Shown: in pieces, positions 50,548 to 63,162 of the stretch
Numbering within the stretch: position 1 is the stretch's first letter
Layout: each line of letters starts with the position of its first letter
Origin: Raillietiella orientalis
Lineage: Eukaryota
Assembly (NCBI GenBank): GCA_036172245.1
Contig: JAYWIR010000092.1
Coordinates: forward strand, 186,001 to 250,000
Direction of reading: 5' to 3'
Length of the DNA: 64,000 bases
Notes under the pieces: generated by a model
The model's input: the letters and a program-made list of their open reading frames with translations, nothing else
Database searches by the model: none
Told to the model about the DNA's origin: nothing
Made by a program: the position numbers and the translations under genes

Positions 50548-51386
50548 CCAACAATCTTCGAAGGCTTTAATAGCCATTTCGGAGGCCAGGCTGCAGTGCG
50601 GGTAACCGTGAATAAGGATTGTGGGCTTCCCCACAAGCTAGAGGTCGCGAAAAAGTGCGTGGACGTCTGGTACGTGGGAAAGCCCCGGTATTGCGGCTAC
50701 TGCGATACCGTAGGACACCTTCGCAAGAGGTGTCCTAACATCCAATGCCACATGTGCGAGAAGGGACACGTTCGACGTGTGTGCCCAAAACGCCCCACCC
50801 CGGTACCTCCTGCCGCGAAAAAGGCGCAGGGGAAACGCGCAGTAAAGGTCACAAGACCTAAGGCGGACGCTGTCCGGCAAAAGCTGCCACATCCTCAACC
50901 TCCAAAAGAAAAGACGGAGGATAAAACTTCCCAAGTGGCGGAAGGTGAAGAGGGCTGGCAACTTGTAGCAGCCAGAAAAGAGAAAAAAGCTCCTTTAAAG
51001 GAGAAGAAAGAGAAGTCGATCGGTAAGGCAAAAAAACCCGGGCCGCGTTCGAAAACCTTACGCGAGTGCACGGTGGCATTGGAACGTATCGTCGTTCCTG
51101 AGGATGCCACCCGGGGCGACGAGCCTCCCCTCGCCGTTTCCGTCGCGCCCGAAGTTTGCGACGGCGAACCGTCTGTGCAAACAGAGGGTGAGCCGCGCGA
51201 CATAGCGGCGGTCGAAGCCGCGGACGCCGCGTTCCCGCAGGCGGCGGAGGAGCTCGCGGCCACGCTGGCCGAGCGTGAGAATCCTTCGCGCAAGGCCGGG
51301 CGAAGGCCGGCTACTGCGAAAAAGGCCCCCACAGGTGAGTTCGACCTGGGGGCCGGAAGCGCATCCTCCTCCTCGGAGGCACCCCT
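50548..51386 (+). mobile_element. Copy K: internal ORF1 fragment, closely related to B
   Basis: PTIFEGFNSHF..WYVGKPRYCGYCDTVGHLRKRC..GEFDLGAGS; near-identical to the reverse complement of about 4512-5333. Confidence 0.93.
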
Positions 51387-52345
51387 GAATAAAGCTGAAG
51401 CTGTGGGTTCCAAATGGGGCCATCGCGTCGCCATCATCAGGAAACGGGCGGCGTACACGTTGGCGTCCGTGTCGCTGGACCCTCCCGTCGCTTTGTTCCA
51501 GGCCACGACGATCCCGCGTAGGCAGCACAGGGCTGCAAGCAAGGCCGCCGGAGGCAGAGCATCACGGAAGAAGTGGGGGCGCAAAGCGTCTCTGGGGTTG
51601 CCTCCGGGAATCCCCAGGGCCGCGGCAAAGCGTTCCCACAGGGGACGGAGGGCAACACATTTCACTAGCAGGAAGGGGAGGTATTCCCTCTCCCCGCACC
51701 TGACACAATTGGGGTTGACACCCTCCAGCGTCCAGTGGTGTCGGCGGGCGTTACAGGGTAGGCCTCAAAGCAACACCAGGAGTGCCGACTGTTGCCACTT
51801 CAAGGGGAGGGTGCGCGAGTCCATGAGCACCGAGGGCCACTCCAGTTGTTCCTCCGGAACATCCAATAGCTCGCCCCAGCGCAAGAGTCCGTGTGGGGTG
51901 GTCCTCGGGGTCGCAGCGTTGTTTAGCTGACCCGTTCTCCAATCCACGATCTTCTTCTCCCTTTCGTCGATCTTGAAAGTTACCTCCCATTGTGCCGCGA
52001 CGTCGCTGCCCAGATGTTCTTGTAGGGTAGGCAGTACCGCAGCAAGGGAGGCTCTTTGTGCCCACGCTTTCCTTCGGGGATCCTCGATGATTTCTCGGAG
52101 CGTGCAATGGGCGTGCGGCCCGAACAGAGCTATTCGTTCGTGTTGCGGGCTCTGCTCCTGATTCATCGCCCACGTGCGGACGGTTTCCTGCAGCCAGGCA
52201 GGACCGTTCGAGGGGCGTACAAGGATCCGCTCCGAGTTGGTCTTCACGAGCTTGGCCGCCCTTCGAATCTGAAGTCCGCAGTGGCAGATGGGGCTTTGGA
52301 GTGCAAAGTAGGATGAGAGTCCCGCATTGCCGGTGGCCCGCTCTT
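51387..52345 (-). mobile_element. Copy J: family-1 ORF2 C-terminal fragment
   Basis: CGLQIRR..WLQET..GLLRWGELLDVP..LPLKWQ..RWPHL. Confidence 0.9.
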
Positions 52346-55300
52346 TTTCTCTGCAGCTTGTCAAACTTCCTCGTGGTGTCCTTGTTCATCCTCGCGAAGG
52401 CCGCCCCAAAGAGCACTTTTGGAAGGAGTACTCCGTTCCATATGTTGGCCTTTCGCTTCATTCCAAGGTCCGTTCGGGTGTACTTGGCTGCTTCCTTGGC
52501 CGTTTTCCCTAGGATCTCGGTCCACAATATCTTCGACGCGGAGACGTCGCCAATGTAGACACCCAGGTACTTGGCCTTGTCCACCGTTTGGAATCCTCTC
52601 CCCGCTAGAGTGGAGAGATCGAGAATTCCAACGGGCAAGAGCTGGCTTTTCTGGGCGTTGATCTTTAGACCGAGGTTTTGATCCATCAGGTCTACCACAT
52701 CCAGAAACGCTCGTTGATTTCTTTCTCCCTTGATAAAGGAGAGTAGATCATCAACGTATGCCAGATGGGTAAGACGCTGGCCATCGATTGTTTTGCCTTG
52801 CAGTCGTCCGCTCTTCTCGATAAAGGACGACAACGCCTCCATGTAGATGACGAACAGCATCGGACTTAGCGAGTCGCCCTGCCGGACTCCCCGTTCCATC
52901 CGGATTGCTGCCGTCTCCTGGCCGTTGATTTTGATTCGGCAGTACTGGTTCTGGAGTACCACCCTTACGAAAATGCTGAAGTGTTCCGGAAGGCCTAGCT
53001 TCTCCAGAACCTTCAGCAGCATCCCATGGTCGATGGAGTCGAAAGCCTTCTCCATGTCAGTGAACACCAGCGCCAGATTCTCGCCGACGTATCGGCTGAG
53101 TCCGACGGTGGCCTGGGCACACTTGACATTGTCCGACATGTGACGACCAGGGACTGCACACGTTTGGACCGCAGAGATGAGCCTCGACATGACCTTGCCT
53201 AAGCGGTTGGACCAGATCTTCGCCAACCACTTGGCAACCGAGTTCAGGATCGAGATTGGCCTCCATTGAGCGACCTGCGTGAGGTCGCCTCCTTTTGGAA
53301 ACAATCTCATCCTACTCTCGTAGAAGCACTGTGGAAGTCTTCCTTCTTCGCGGATGCAGAGGGTCAACTGGTGGAACAAACGCAGTTACGCATGCAGGTA
53401 CCGCTGATAGTGAGTGATGGGTACACTTTCAGGGCCCGCTGCCACGTCCTTGCGTAGTTCATTAAACGCAGTCTTTACCTCGTCTTCGGAGAATTCCTCC
53501 TCCAGTCTGTTCCGCTGGAGATCGTCGGTCCTCTTCTCGAGGTAGCTCAGAAAGGCCTGTTGACTAGAGCGAGTGAGATGTTGTCGCCTAAAGTGTTTCG
53601 TGTAATGCCTTTGAAAGGCATCCACGATATCTTCGGACGACTGTCGCTCTTGACCGTCGTACTGGGTGCAGAAGATATCTGTTGCCAGATTTCTCTTCTC
53701 CAGCACGCCGACTTTCTCTTTTATGTTTTTGAAGACGTACTTACTCTCGTACTGATCGAAGTACTTTGAGAGTATGCGATCTTGGATTTTCAGCTCCCGG
53801 TACGCCTCCTGCCTCAAGCGCCTATCCCCGAACTGCATGTTTGCTAACAGGTGTATCCTGTGTTTCAGGCTGTCTTAGTCGGCGACTCTTCGGATTGTTG
53901 TTGCCTTCAGAATCGTCTCCAGGACTGCCTGATGTCCGGGATGGGTTTCGAACCAGGCGGGCATGCTGATGAGCGCCGCCCTGGTGCCTTGCCTCCGCCG
54001 AGGATTCTCCGTTCTTAGGGAAAACCGCACCAACGGGAGATCGGACAGAGTGGTCAATGTGTCTCGAAAACCCTGAATGCGATTCCCTAGTTCGGTGCTG
54101 TGCAGGACGCGATCGATCGGCTTGTGACTTGCTGTTGGCCACACCAGTCCGAACTCTTTGGATAGCCACCGATACGCCGTCCTTCCTCTGGCGTCTTGGG
54201 AATGAGTGATCTCATCCAATATGTTGAGATCGCCTGCAACAATCACGACGTCCTTGGGGGCGACCTTTTCACGGAGTGCTGCATGCAGTGCCTCCGCACA
54301 AAGATGTTTCAGCCTGTGCAGCCCCTACACGTTCACCAGGATGAGGTGAACAGTAGCGGACCAGGACAGTTGCACGCCGATGATTCGTTTCGGTTATGGA
54401 CAGAACAATTCCAGAATAGTGGAAGCCAAGTTGTTCTTGATTAGGTCCGCCACACCCTGCGTGTTCCGTTCTTCCTCGCTGACGAACATCTGCCTGTTAA
54501 ATCGCCGTTCCATTTGCTGACTAATCTCGAGATCCATCTTGTGGGTCTCCTGCAGGCACACTATGTCTTGTTGTGCGATGGTCCGCACAATCCTTTTTCT
54601 TTTTCCCTGGTCGACCACACCGTTCAGATTCCAGGAGGCGATGTTCAGCCACCTGGCGGTCGATAGGGAAGAGGCCATAAAAGGGGAAGACCTATTTCTT
54701 GGCCTTCCTGAGCTTCTTCTGTCTGAGAGAGCGTGCTCTTCCAGACAATGAAGAAGCAGTTGGCTTCTCGCTGCCGGCGTCACTCTCTGTTCCGGTGAGG
54801 TCGGTTACTTCCGCCTTCTCCGTGCAGTGTTCGGCACGCGCGATCAATTTTCCAGATGGCGCCTCTATTTCGACCTTGGCGCAGAAGTTCGCCTTTACGT
54901 CGAGAAGCTGTTCCTCTAGCTTCTCGCGCTCGGTGACCTTCACAACCTGGTTGACCTTCTCCTGTGCATTGCAGATCCTCTGCAAGACTTTCTCTTGCTG
55001 GGGACCGCTCTGCACCTCTAGGACTTCATTAGCCAGTGATGCCAGCTCCTCCGTAGATTGCAGGGCCTTTTGCGACACCGGAGTAGCTTCGGATATTTCT
55101 TCTTCCGCGCCTTTTTGCGCTAACTCTATCTTCTGGCCTTCCGGCTCCTTACCTTCCAGGATAAGAGGGGTTTCTTGATCCTTGACGAGTATCCTCCTCT
55201 TTCCTTCCTTCCCTACCTGTATGAAGCCGTGTTGCGATACCGGGACGGCTTGTTTCAGCTTCTTCGGCCTTCCTGCCTTCTAAGGCTGTTCCGTCTTCTT

Positions 55301-56610
55301 GGTGTTTCTCTCTCTCACGGAAGAGAGACCTCGAATCCTTCTGCAGTTTGCAAGCTCCGGACAGCTCCATTTAGCATGTCCGTGTTTCTTGCAGAAGGAG
55401 CACACCTCCGGCTGCGGGCAGTTTCGGACTTGATGTCCTACTTTGCCGCAGCGGAAACAACGACACGTTGGGCAAGCGCCGGTTCTATAACCAAACTGCT
55501 TGCACCCGGTGCAGAATATCGGTTGTTGCCGGTAACGCACGTTCACTCAATGGGATTGTTCGTCAAGAACGGCTAATCCAGGGATCACAGCTCCCTCTTT
55601 CAACTTCATTTTGACGATCATGTCGCCAGAAAATATATTTCCAGAGAAGTTCTGGAATTCAAGGTCCAGAACTTCCCCATACAGCTCCAAAAATTCTACA
55701 CCGTTAGTTGCGGTGTGAGGATGAAGATGCCGTTCAGAAAGACGGTTGTGTATGGCATTTTGCCAATACCAGAAACCATCCTCCCTTGTATATTGATCTC
55801 CTTCTGGATCAATCGCTCTCTAAGATTTTCACAGTCTGTGAAGACTGTGAACCCGTTATTTGCCGATATGATCGCTTTTATGCGATCAAAATTAATATCC
55901 GTTTTATCGAGGGACAGATACACCTCCCTGATATTATTGAATTTGATCAGCTCAGTCTTGAAAATGATGGGCTTCACATTCGGCCCTAAATCCACGATTG
56001 TCCGATCCACCTTTTGGACTTTGCCGCATAGCGGCTTTCCGAATTTTCTAGGTGGGTGGACACCCACTTGTCCAGCCGCCACCAACGCATAGGAAAAGGG
56101 CTGCGCCGCCGCAGCCGAACAAGATGGCGTCTCGCCCTGAACCGCGTGGACGCCTGCGGGTTCTGCCTGGGACGCCGCCGCCGCGAGCGCAACCCTCGAC
56201 GTCGCCACCGTTGCCGCCGCGGGCGGCACACTCGGCATCGCCGCCGCAGGCGCAACCTTCCCCGCCGCGGGCATGATCCTCGGCATCGCCGCCGCAGGCA
56301 CGACCTCCGCCGTCGTCGCCGCGGGCACGACCCTTGGCGTCGCCGCCGCCGGCGCAGCAAAGCCCTCCGCGGGCGCGATCCTCGGCATGCCTGCCACCGC
56401 CTCGCCGTTGCCGCACGTTACCTCCATGGCTTCCATGGGGGACGACGGTCTCTCCACTCCTCCTCCAGGTGCCTGCATCCTGGCAGCTGGTCATGCTGCA
56501 CGGGACTACTGAAGGTCTTCCGCGGCGATTTCCTTGGCGCTTCTTTTGTAGTTTCGTCTGGAAACTTCCCCTCTCCGGGCACACACGATCACAATTAACT
56601 GATTAAGTTG
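52346..56610 (-). mobile_element. Copy I: family-2 L1/Tx1 element with 5'UTR, ORF1 (56478-54692) and ORF2 (about 54679-52346)
   Basis: Three CCHC-type knuckles; SWNLNG, CLQETH, AGDLN, IDR; QWRPISILN, DMEKAFD, GVRQGDSLSPMLF, AYVDD, KYLG. Several stops and frameshifts. Confidence 0.94.
56170..56400 (-). repeat. About 27-bp GC-rich coding minisatellite (AAAxPxVxP) in the ORF1 N-terminus of I
   Basis: AAATPRVVP/AATTAEVVP/AAAMPRIMP/AAAMPSVPP. Confidence 0.85.
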
Positions 56611-56619
56611 TCGTGCGCA

Positions 56620-59600
56620 CAATACTTTGAGCCGCGAATCAGGTTCATTGAATCGGCAGGAGAGGAGCAATCTCCCGACGGTCAAGAAGGTGACTCCGTT
56701 GCCGCCTTTAAAAGGCGTAGGGAACGCAGCTCCCCTAGAGAACGCAGCGAAAATCCCGGAGGTTTCCGCAACTACTGTCGCGAAAGCCTCCGAAAATCGC
56801 GAAGGCGAATGTAAGGTTGTGTAAAGGAGGAAAGAAAAATCTCCAAAAGAAGCTTCGCAACATCCATCTTTGAGCTCTTCCAAAGGAAAAAGCAGTCGCG
56901 CGAATACGAAACCACGCGCAGCTTGTGCCTCTTCCCAGGAAAAAGCCAGCGCCTCCAACGCGTGCAAGTCCGCTTCTGTAACCACCGAGAAGACCATTCC
57001 GGTGCAATCGGACGGATGCAAGCTTTCGTCGATCGTGCGAGCATCAGACTCCGTAAAGGAGTCCCATTGCGCCGCTGAACGACGCGTTACTCGCCCGGGA
57101 GCGAGCGCCCGCTGGGTTGAAGCCCTAAGGCGTGACACACTCACCGCAGAACGGCGAGTGCTTACCCCGGAATCCACAGGTTCTGCACCCGGGGAGGAGC
57201 ACTCGATTACGTGCAGCACATTCGAGGCCGGTGGCGACCGCGCCCTCCAGCCCGTCGTGCTGCTTACCTCCCGCTTGCCGGGTGAGGCGAGCACGCTTTC
57301 CCAGCCGCGATCAGGGCAATCGCGTCTTCTCGTCGTGTTGTTGTGACGTCTTGGACCGTCAACGGGCTTCAACACGACGAGAAGAGGCAACTAGTGGCTC
57401 ACGCTCTGCGCGCCTGCGACTTGACGCTCCTGCAGGAGATTCACAGCATCTCCGAAGAGCAGGCTGCCGAAATCGAACGGCGCGCGGGCGGAACGCTACT
57501 TCATAGGTGCGGCGTTGCGCGTACGTGCGGCGTCGCTTTCCTCGTGTGAGGAACTTTGGCGGGAGCGGTGCGCAGCGTTCGTTTCGACACGGAAGGTCGA
57601 GTGGGACAGCTTGTACTCAAGTGGTTGGACTCGATCGACCTTGTCGTAACCAACGTGTACGCGCCGAGCGGTGCTGGACGATGGGCCGAAAGGATTGAGT
57701 TCTTCGGTACCCTTCAAAGTTAGTGGCTCACTCGATCGCACCCTACTGTGGCCCATCTCATTGCGGGGGAATTCAACGTCCACCTGCTTTCCGAGAATAG
57801 ATCCCACAAAAGGGAAAAGTTCCTACCAAAAGAGATGTGCGCGTCCGTCCACGCGTGCAACTTGTTCGCTAGCGACAATGTTATGCTAGCAAATTCGGAC
57901 CACGTTTACCTTGAACAACACTTGCTCTCTCAAGTGGGTGGGAGAGGGCCCGTGCCGTCCGTGCTTTCAGACCACAACAGGCTCGAGTTCAAGTTTCTCC
58001 CGCCAGGCAAGGGGCTTCCAAACTGTTTTTGGACGATGCCGGCAGACTGGCTGAGCCACCCGGAGGCGGCTGAGCGTCTTTGCCAGTACCTCCTTGGCTC
58101 TGCCATAAGTGAGCTCGAGGACTGCGACGATCTGAAAAGATCGGTCCGCGAGTTCTGCTGACGGTTTCACTTGCACCAGCTTCGGCGCGGCTTCGGAGAG
58201 GGCGTACTTAACAGCAGAGATTTTCTGCAGGCCCGCTCCTTTTCCAGGCGCGCGGACGTTGGTCGATTATCCGAGTACAAGGCCAAGGCCGAGCGCCAGG
58301 TCTGGCAGTCAGGGGCGACAGTTCTGCTCGACGACCAGGACCGGGAATGCTCGGCTCCAGCCGACGTGCGACGGATAGTCAGGCGCTATTACTCTTCTCT
58401 GTATGCAGAGGCACCAACGGAACGCAGCCTTTCCCGGCTGCTCCTGCCGATTGATGCACCTGTTCTAGACGAGGAGGAACGCGCGCGTCTTGATGAGCCC
58501 TTCACGGCAGAGGGAATTTCCTCGGCCATCTCGGGGCTCAAGAAACGAAAAGCGCAAGGCGAAGATGGGTTCCCCGCGGAATTCTTCCAGTGTTTTGCGG
58601 CGGAGCTCATCCTCCTGGTGCTCCAACTCTCGTCGCTGATGCGAGACTCGGGCGATGTACCCGCCTCGTTTCGATCAGCAAATGTGCGTCTACTGCCGAA
58701 TTTTGGAGATTTGCGCCAACTGAACAACGGGCGTCCGATCACATCAGTGAATTCGGATGTCAAGTTGTTGTCGAAACTTCGGGTGGCGCGGATGGGTAGG
58801 ATCGCGGAATCCTTGTTAAGTCCGGATCAGACGTACGCTGTTCCTGAACGGTCCATGGACGCAAATCTCTTGTTCATCCGCACATGGCTGCAATTGCAGC
58901 ATCGTGTGGCGGTGGATCGTCGTGCGGAAGCGACGCCTTCGATCTCTCACCGACGGAGGCGCGGGACGCAAAGGGAGACACCGGGAGCCTTGGCGGTTGC
59001 AGTCGATTTGCACAAAGCTTCCGATTGCGTGAACCAAAAGCTTCTTCTTGAGCTTTAGGAACGTCTGGGTCTTCCGGCAACCCTGTTGGCGTACTTGCGC
59101 TTCTGCTGGCGCCACGCGATTACACCTTATTTTTCAGTGGCTGTCGCATGAACGGCGTGCCGTTACGACGAGTAATTAGGCAGGGTGACAGCTTAAGCCC
59201 GCTGCTCTTCAGCATCTATTTTGAATTGGGGCTGAAGGCTTACAGGCTGACGCTAGCCAACCTGCCGAGCTCCTGTCCAGGTACGCCCGCCGTGGCAGCC
59301 TATGCCGACGACCTGCTTCTCCTGTTGCCCATGTCCACCCCGGCGACATCGCTTGAAGACTTCTTTGAGTTGATTCGTCGCGGTGCGGGCGTGAGCGTTA
59401 ACAGGAGTAAGTGTATGGTTGTTCCGGTGGGTGCGATGTGGGAGCGGCAGTCCGACTGGATTGGCCTGGGGATCCCCACGGGCAGGTACCTCAGGTACCT
59501 TGGCGTGCCGTTGGGCGACCTCTGCATCTCAGAAGCGTGGTCGGACTGCCTTCGGAAGGCAGAGCGTGCACTTGGCCCATTTTCAGGAGGCCAGTTAGTC

Positions 59601-61230
59601 TTGTCGAAACGGGCCTGCTACTGGAACACCTTCGTTGCCCCCCTCCTCCGCCCCCTGTTTTTTGTTGGTCCACCCCCACAGGAACTCGAAGTCTGGGCGC
59701 AGCGCCTTCTACGCAAAGCGTTGTGGGGTGCTGCAAGATCCCGTGTTAGACTTAAAGACTTGGTGGCGCTGCGTCAGGATGCAGGCTTGGGCATCCTCGA
59801 CTTAAACAGCATCGAACTGCAGGTGCAGTTTCGCATGCTGCGGCCCTGTGCCAAGCTGTGGTGTATGCCTTGGTGCTTACCCGCACGCCTTATACTGAGA
59901 CGCTGCACGGGAAGCGAGGGACTGCTTTCGTTGCTACCCTACTTTCGACACACCAGAATAGAGTTTCGCTTCCCGCTGAGGCAGCTGTCCTCACTGCTGG
60001 AAGCTCAAAGCTGGATCTTCTGCCGCCCCATGAACATTAATGCATGGCGGCAGGAATCTTTTTCATCGTGGGCAGCTTCCGAAGGATCGCGCTTGGAATA
60101 TCTTCACGCCTGCGAGTTCTCATTCATCAAGTGGACGAAGTCATGCAGGACAACAAGATGTCGGATCGTCTGGCCGCCACATCACTCGCCGCAGCGCTGT
60201 CTGCCCTCAGGGCAAGCAACGACGGTTGCCTACCGGCGGAATGGGAATTCTCCGGCAAAAAAGCGGGAGTCAGTAAGCTCCTCGGCAGCTGGACGACAAA
60301 GGAGCTGGTGCAAGCCGCCACTCCTCGGAATGGGGCGAAGGGCCTTCTTCGGTGGAGAGAACATTTATGTGTGCCTCCCGAAGAGGTATTGGTTCTCCTC
60401 GTTTGTTTCGACAGCTCCGTTTCCCCCTTAAAGAGGAAACAAGATGTGTTTCTCTTTTTACATTGTGCTATTCACTGTAATAGCCAGCCAAGCATCGTTT
60501 CCGGGGGAGCTGCTTTGCCAAACTGTTCAAGGTGCGGAGAGATCGAGTCTTTTCCGCACCTTTTGCTGGACTGCGTTGACCTCCGGGAACTGTGGCGAAG
60601 GCTCCCTTCGGCCATCATGCCACAAGGAGGCACTGCCATTGATGTGCAGCGGCGCTTCTTCAGCAGAAATGGACTTTTGATTGGCGCGATTGTCGCAACC
60701 ATGTGTTGCGTTCGCGCCATCGTGAAGGCCCGCTACGCCCTGGAGTTGTCAGCGCAGCGAAGGGAGGCTCAGCTGCTTGCAGCTTAATTCATGGAGAAGG
60801 CTTCAAGGTGGTCTCATCTTCGTGACAAGGTGAAAGAGGACATCACCAGCATACATCGCCAGTTTACAGATCTTTCAGAACGGCGTAATCCGGTCACCCC
60901 TGTTACCTCTTGCCCACCCATACCCCGTGCCCGTTCGCTTGGTAAAATTTCCGGTGCCCATGCTTTTATTCCCGTGTCTTCCAGAGCGATCCCAAAGACC
61001 CTTATCCCGTCCTGCTTATTGATTGTTTTTATTTTATTCTGGTTTCTTTGTGTTCCCCGCCCCACCATACCGTTCGCAAAACTGTTATTGTGGCCTCCGT
61101 GCCAGTAATATTCTCTTCATTCTTGTTCAGTCGTCAGTTGGGAGTTTGGTTCCTAACTGGTTTATTTTGTATAATTGCTTTTTTTGGTTATGTTATATGG
61201 AATAAACGCCCCGGCGTGACCGGGTGAGAA
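56620..61230 (+). mobile_element. Copy H: ORF1 C-terminus, near-complete disrupted ORF2 (about 57300-60880) and 3'UTR
   Basis: WTVNG, LQEIH, NVYAP, LSDH, KAQGEDG, IRQGDSLSPLLF, YADD, RYLG, CSRCGEIESFPHLLLDC; ends aataaacgccccggcgtgaccgggtgagaa. Confidence 0.94.
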
Positions 61231-63162
61231 ATCTTTTGCGCTTGTTCTGCGGAGATCACGTGGATCTCCTGCAGCAGCGCAAGGTCGTAGGACTCCAGAA
61301 GGGCGGCCATGTCTCGTCTCCTGCCTGCGTCTGTCATGCCGTTCACGTTCCAAACGGCGATGCGCAGACGACGGCAGGAGGAGATTCCCGGCATTACTGC
61401 TGGGAAGATTAAGGTGTGGGGGAGCCCGCCTCTTGCGAGGCGGGCGGGATGTCCATGGGGGTTTCGGCCTTCTCAGGCACCTGAGGCACCTGTTCGGCCT
61501 CCACCTCCTCCATCCCCTCCGTGTCCGCGCGTGGGAGTCTCTCGGGCGAGGGGACCCGAGAGTTTCCCACGCTCATGGCACCCTCGCTTGCGGAAGCCAT
61601 CTCTTCCCCTTCGACGGGGGAGACGAGCTTCCTTGGCTTTGTGGACTTACGTCCAGCCTTCTTGCGCGGTGCCGTGGAAACGCAGGCTGCGCTTCCGGCC
61701 TCCACCTCGGGGTCGGAAGTGCGGGACTACTGAGGGGAGGCCGGACGCCTTACGGCCTTCTTGCCAGCCTTGGAGGGTTCTGTCTGCAACGAAGCTGCCA
61801 GCTCCTCCGCGGCTCGCGCGAAGGCTACGTCGTCGATGGTGGTGTCGATGACGGACGCCGCCGCCGGCTCGCTCCCCTCGCTGTTGACTGTGTCAACCGA
61901 GGGGAGGTCGTCGGTAGCGGCGAGCTCTTTCCGGCAGCGTTCGGCAACATCGAGAACGCGTTCGACAACGACGCTGCACTCTTTAATTATCGCGCTACCC
62001 TGCTCTTTCTTCTTCTGTTGGTAGGCGATTTTCTTTTCCATCCTCCTCTCCTTCTTTGATTTTTTGGCCGTAGCCACCTGCCACCCAGGCTCCTGGCTTG
62101 TTCCCTCGACTTGTTCGGCGTTGTTCGTCGGGGTCTCGGTTGCGGCCGGGGCCTTGGGCGCGGGTGGCACAGCCTTCGCGGCAGCTTTCGCCGCCAGTCT
62201 TTTCTGCAGAAGCCGGGCGCGTTTTTTAAGGTTTCTCTTGGAAACCACCCGCACTGCTGCTTTTGGGCACACCTCCCTCGTGTGGCCCATTGTGCCGCAT
62301 ACTTGGCACTGCACATTGGGACACCTCTTTTTGAGGTGGCCCGACGTATTGCAATAGCCACAGTATTTCGGCTTCCCCACATACCAGAGGTCGACGGTTT
62401 CGCCTTTGACCACCAGTTTGTGGGGAAGAGTGCAGCCCTCCCGAACGGTCACGCGCGCAGCAGTGAGGCCGTGTTGCAGCCCCGTGTAGTCCTCGAAAGG
62501 ACTAACTTTCGTCCACTGCGCGTGGACCGTTCCGAACTGTTCCAAAGCGGCGCCAACCTGTTCTTTGCGTATTCGCGCGGTTACGCCTAACAGGTGGACC
62601 ACCATGCTGCGGTCCGCCGTAGTGGGGAGGAGCCTGCGCTTCCCCATCACAACAAGGGTTTTAAGCAGTCGTTGGGCCAGCTCTGCATGTTCGCAGATGA
62701 CCTCAACGTACTGACCCCCGCTGCGGATGGTCATAGCGCTAAGCTCCTCCTCTTTCACATCGACAGCGCGCATGCCCTTCGAGAAGGCGCGCGCTCTCTA
62801 AAGAATATAAATTGCCTACCTTGTAGAACAATGAGGGGTTGTACCCCTCCTCTACATAGGCCGACAATTCCGCCGCGGCTGCAGGCGATGGCGCCGACAC
62901 AACGGCGCTCCACGCCCGCGCTGCAGCGGGGACCGATTCTGTGGGGGCGGATGCCCCCACCTCCATCGCCTCTGGGGGCGACGTTGCCGCCGCCCCCTGG
63001 CTCTCCATCGCCTCTGGGGGCGGCGTTGCCGCTGTCCCCTGGCCATCCCTGGTGGTCGCGTCAGGCATCTCTGCCTGATCGACCACCGAACCACACGACG
63101 CTTGCACTGGGGGAGACTTCCTGGCACGAGGAGCACCGAGAAAACGCGTCCACCCTGGAGCA
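61231..63162 (-). mobile_element. Copy G: 5'UTR, ORF1 (about 63071-61409) and ORF2 start, cut in the endonuclease by copy H
   Basis: YNPSLFYKVG, KYCGYCNTSGHLKKRC..CQVCGTMGHTREVC; MPGISSCRRLRIAVWNVNG..LQEIH. Confidence 0.93.

Noticed and set aside
50299..51930. 543-aa ORF as a real gene
   Set aside because: Chance read-through: antisense L, then the ORF1 fragment K, then antisense J.
51751..53379. 542-aa ORF as an intact RT protein
   Set aside because: There is an upstream stop, the catalytic motif reads YVDD, and the last roughly 195 aa are out-of-frame family-1 sequence.
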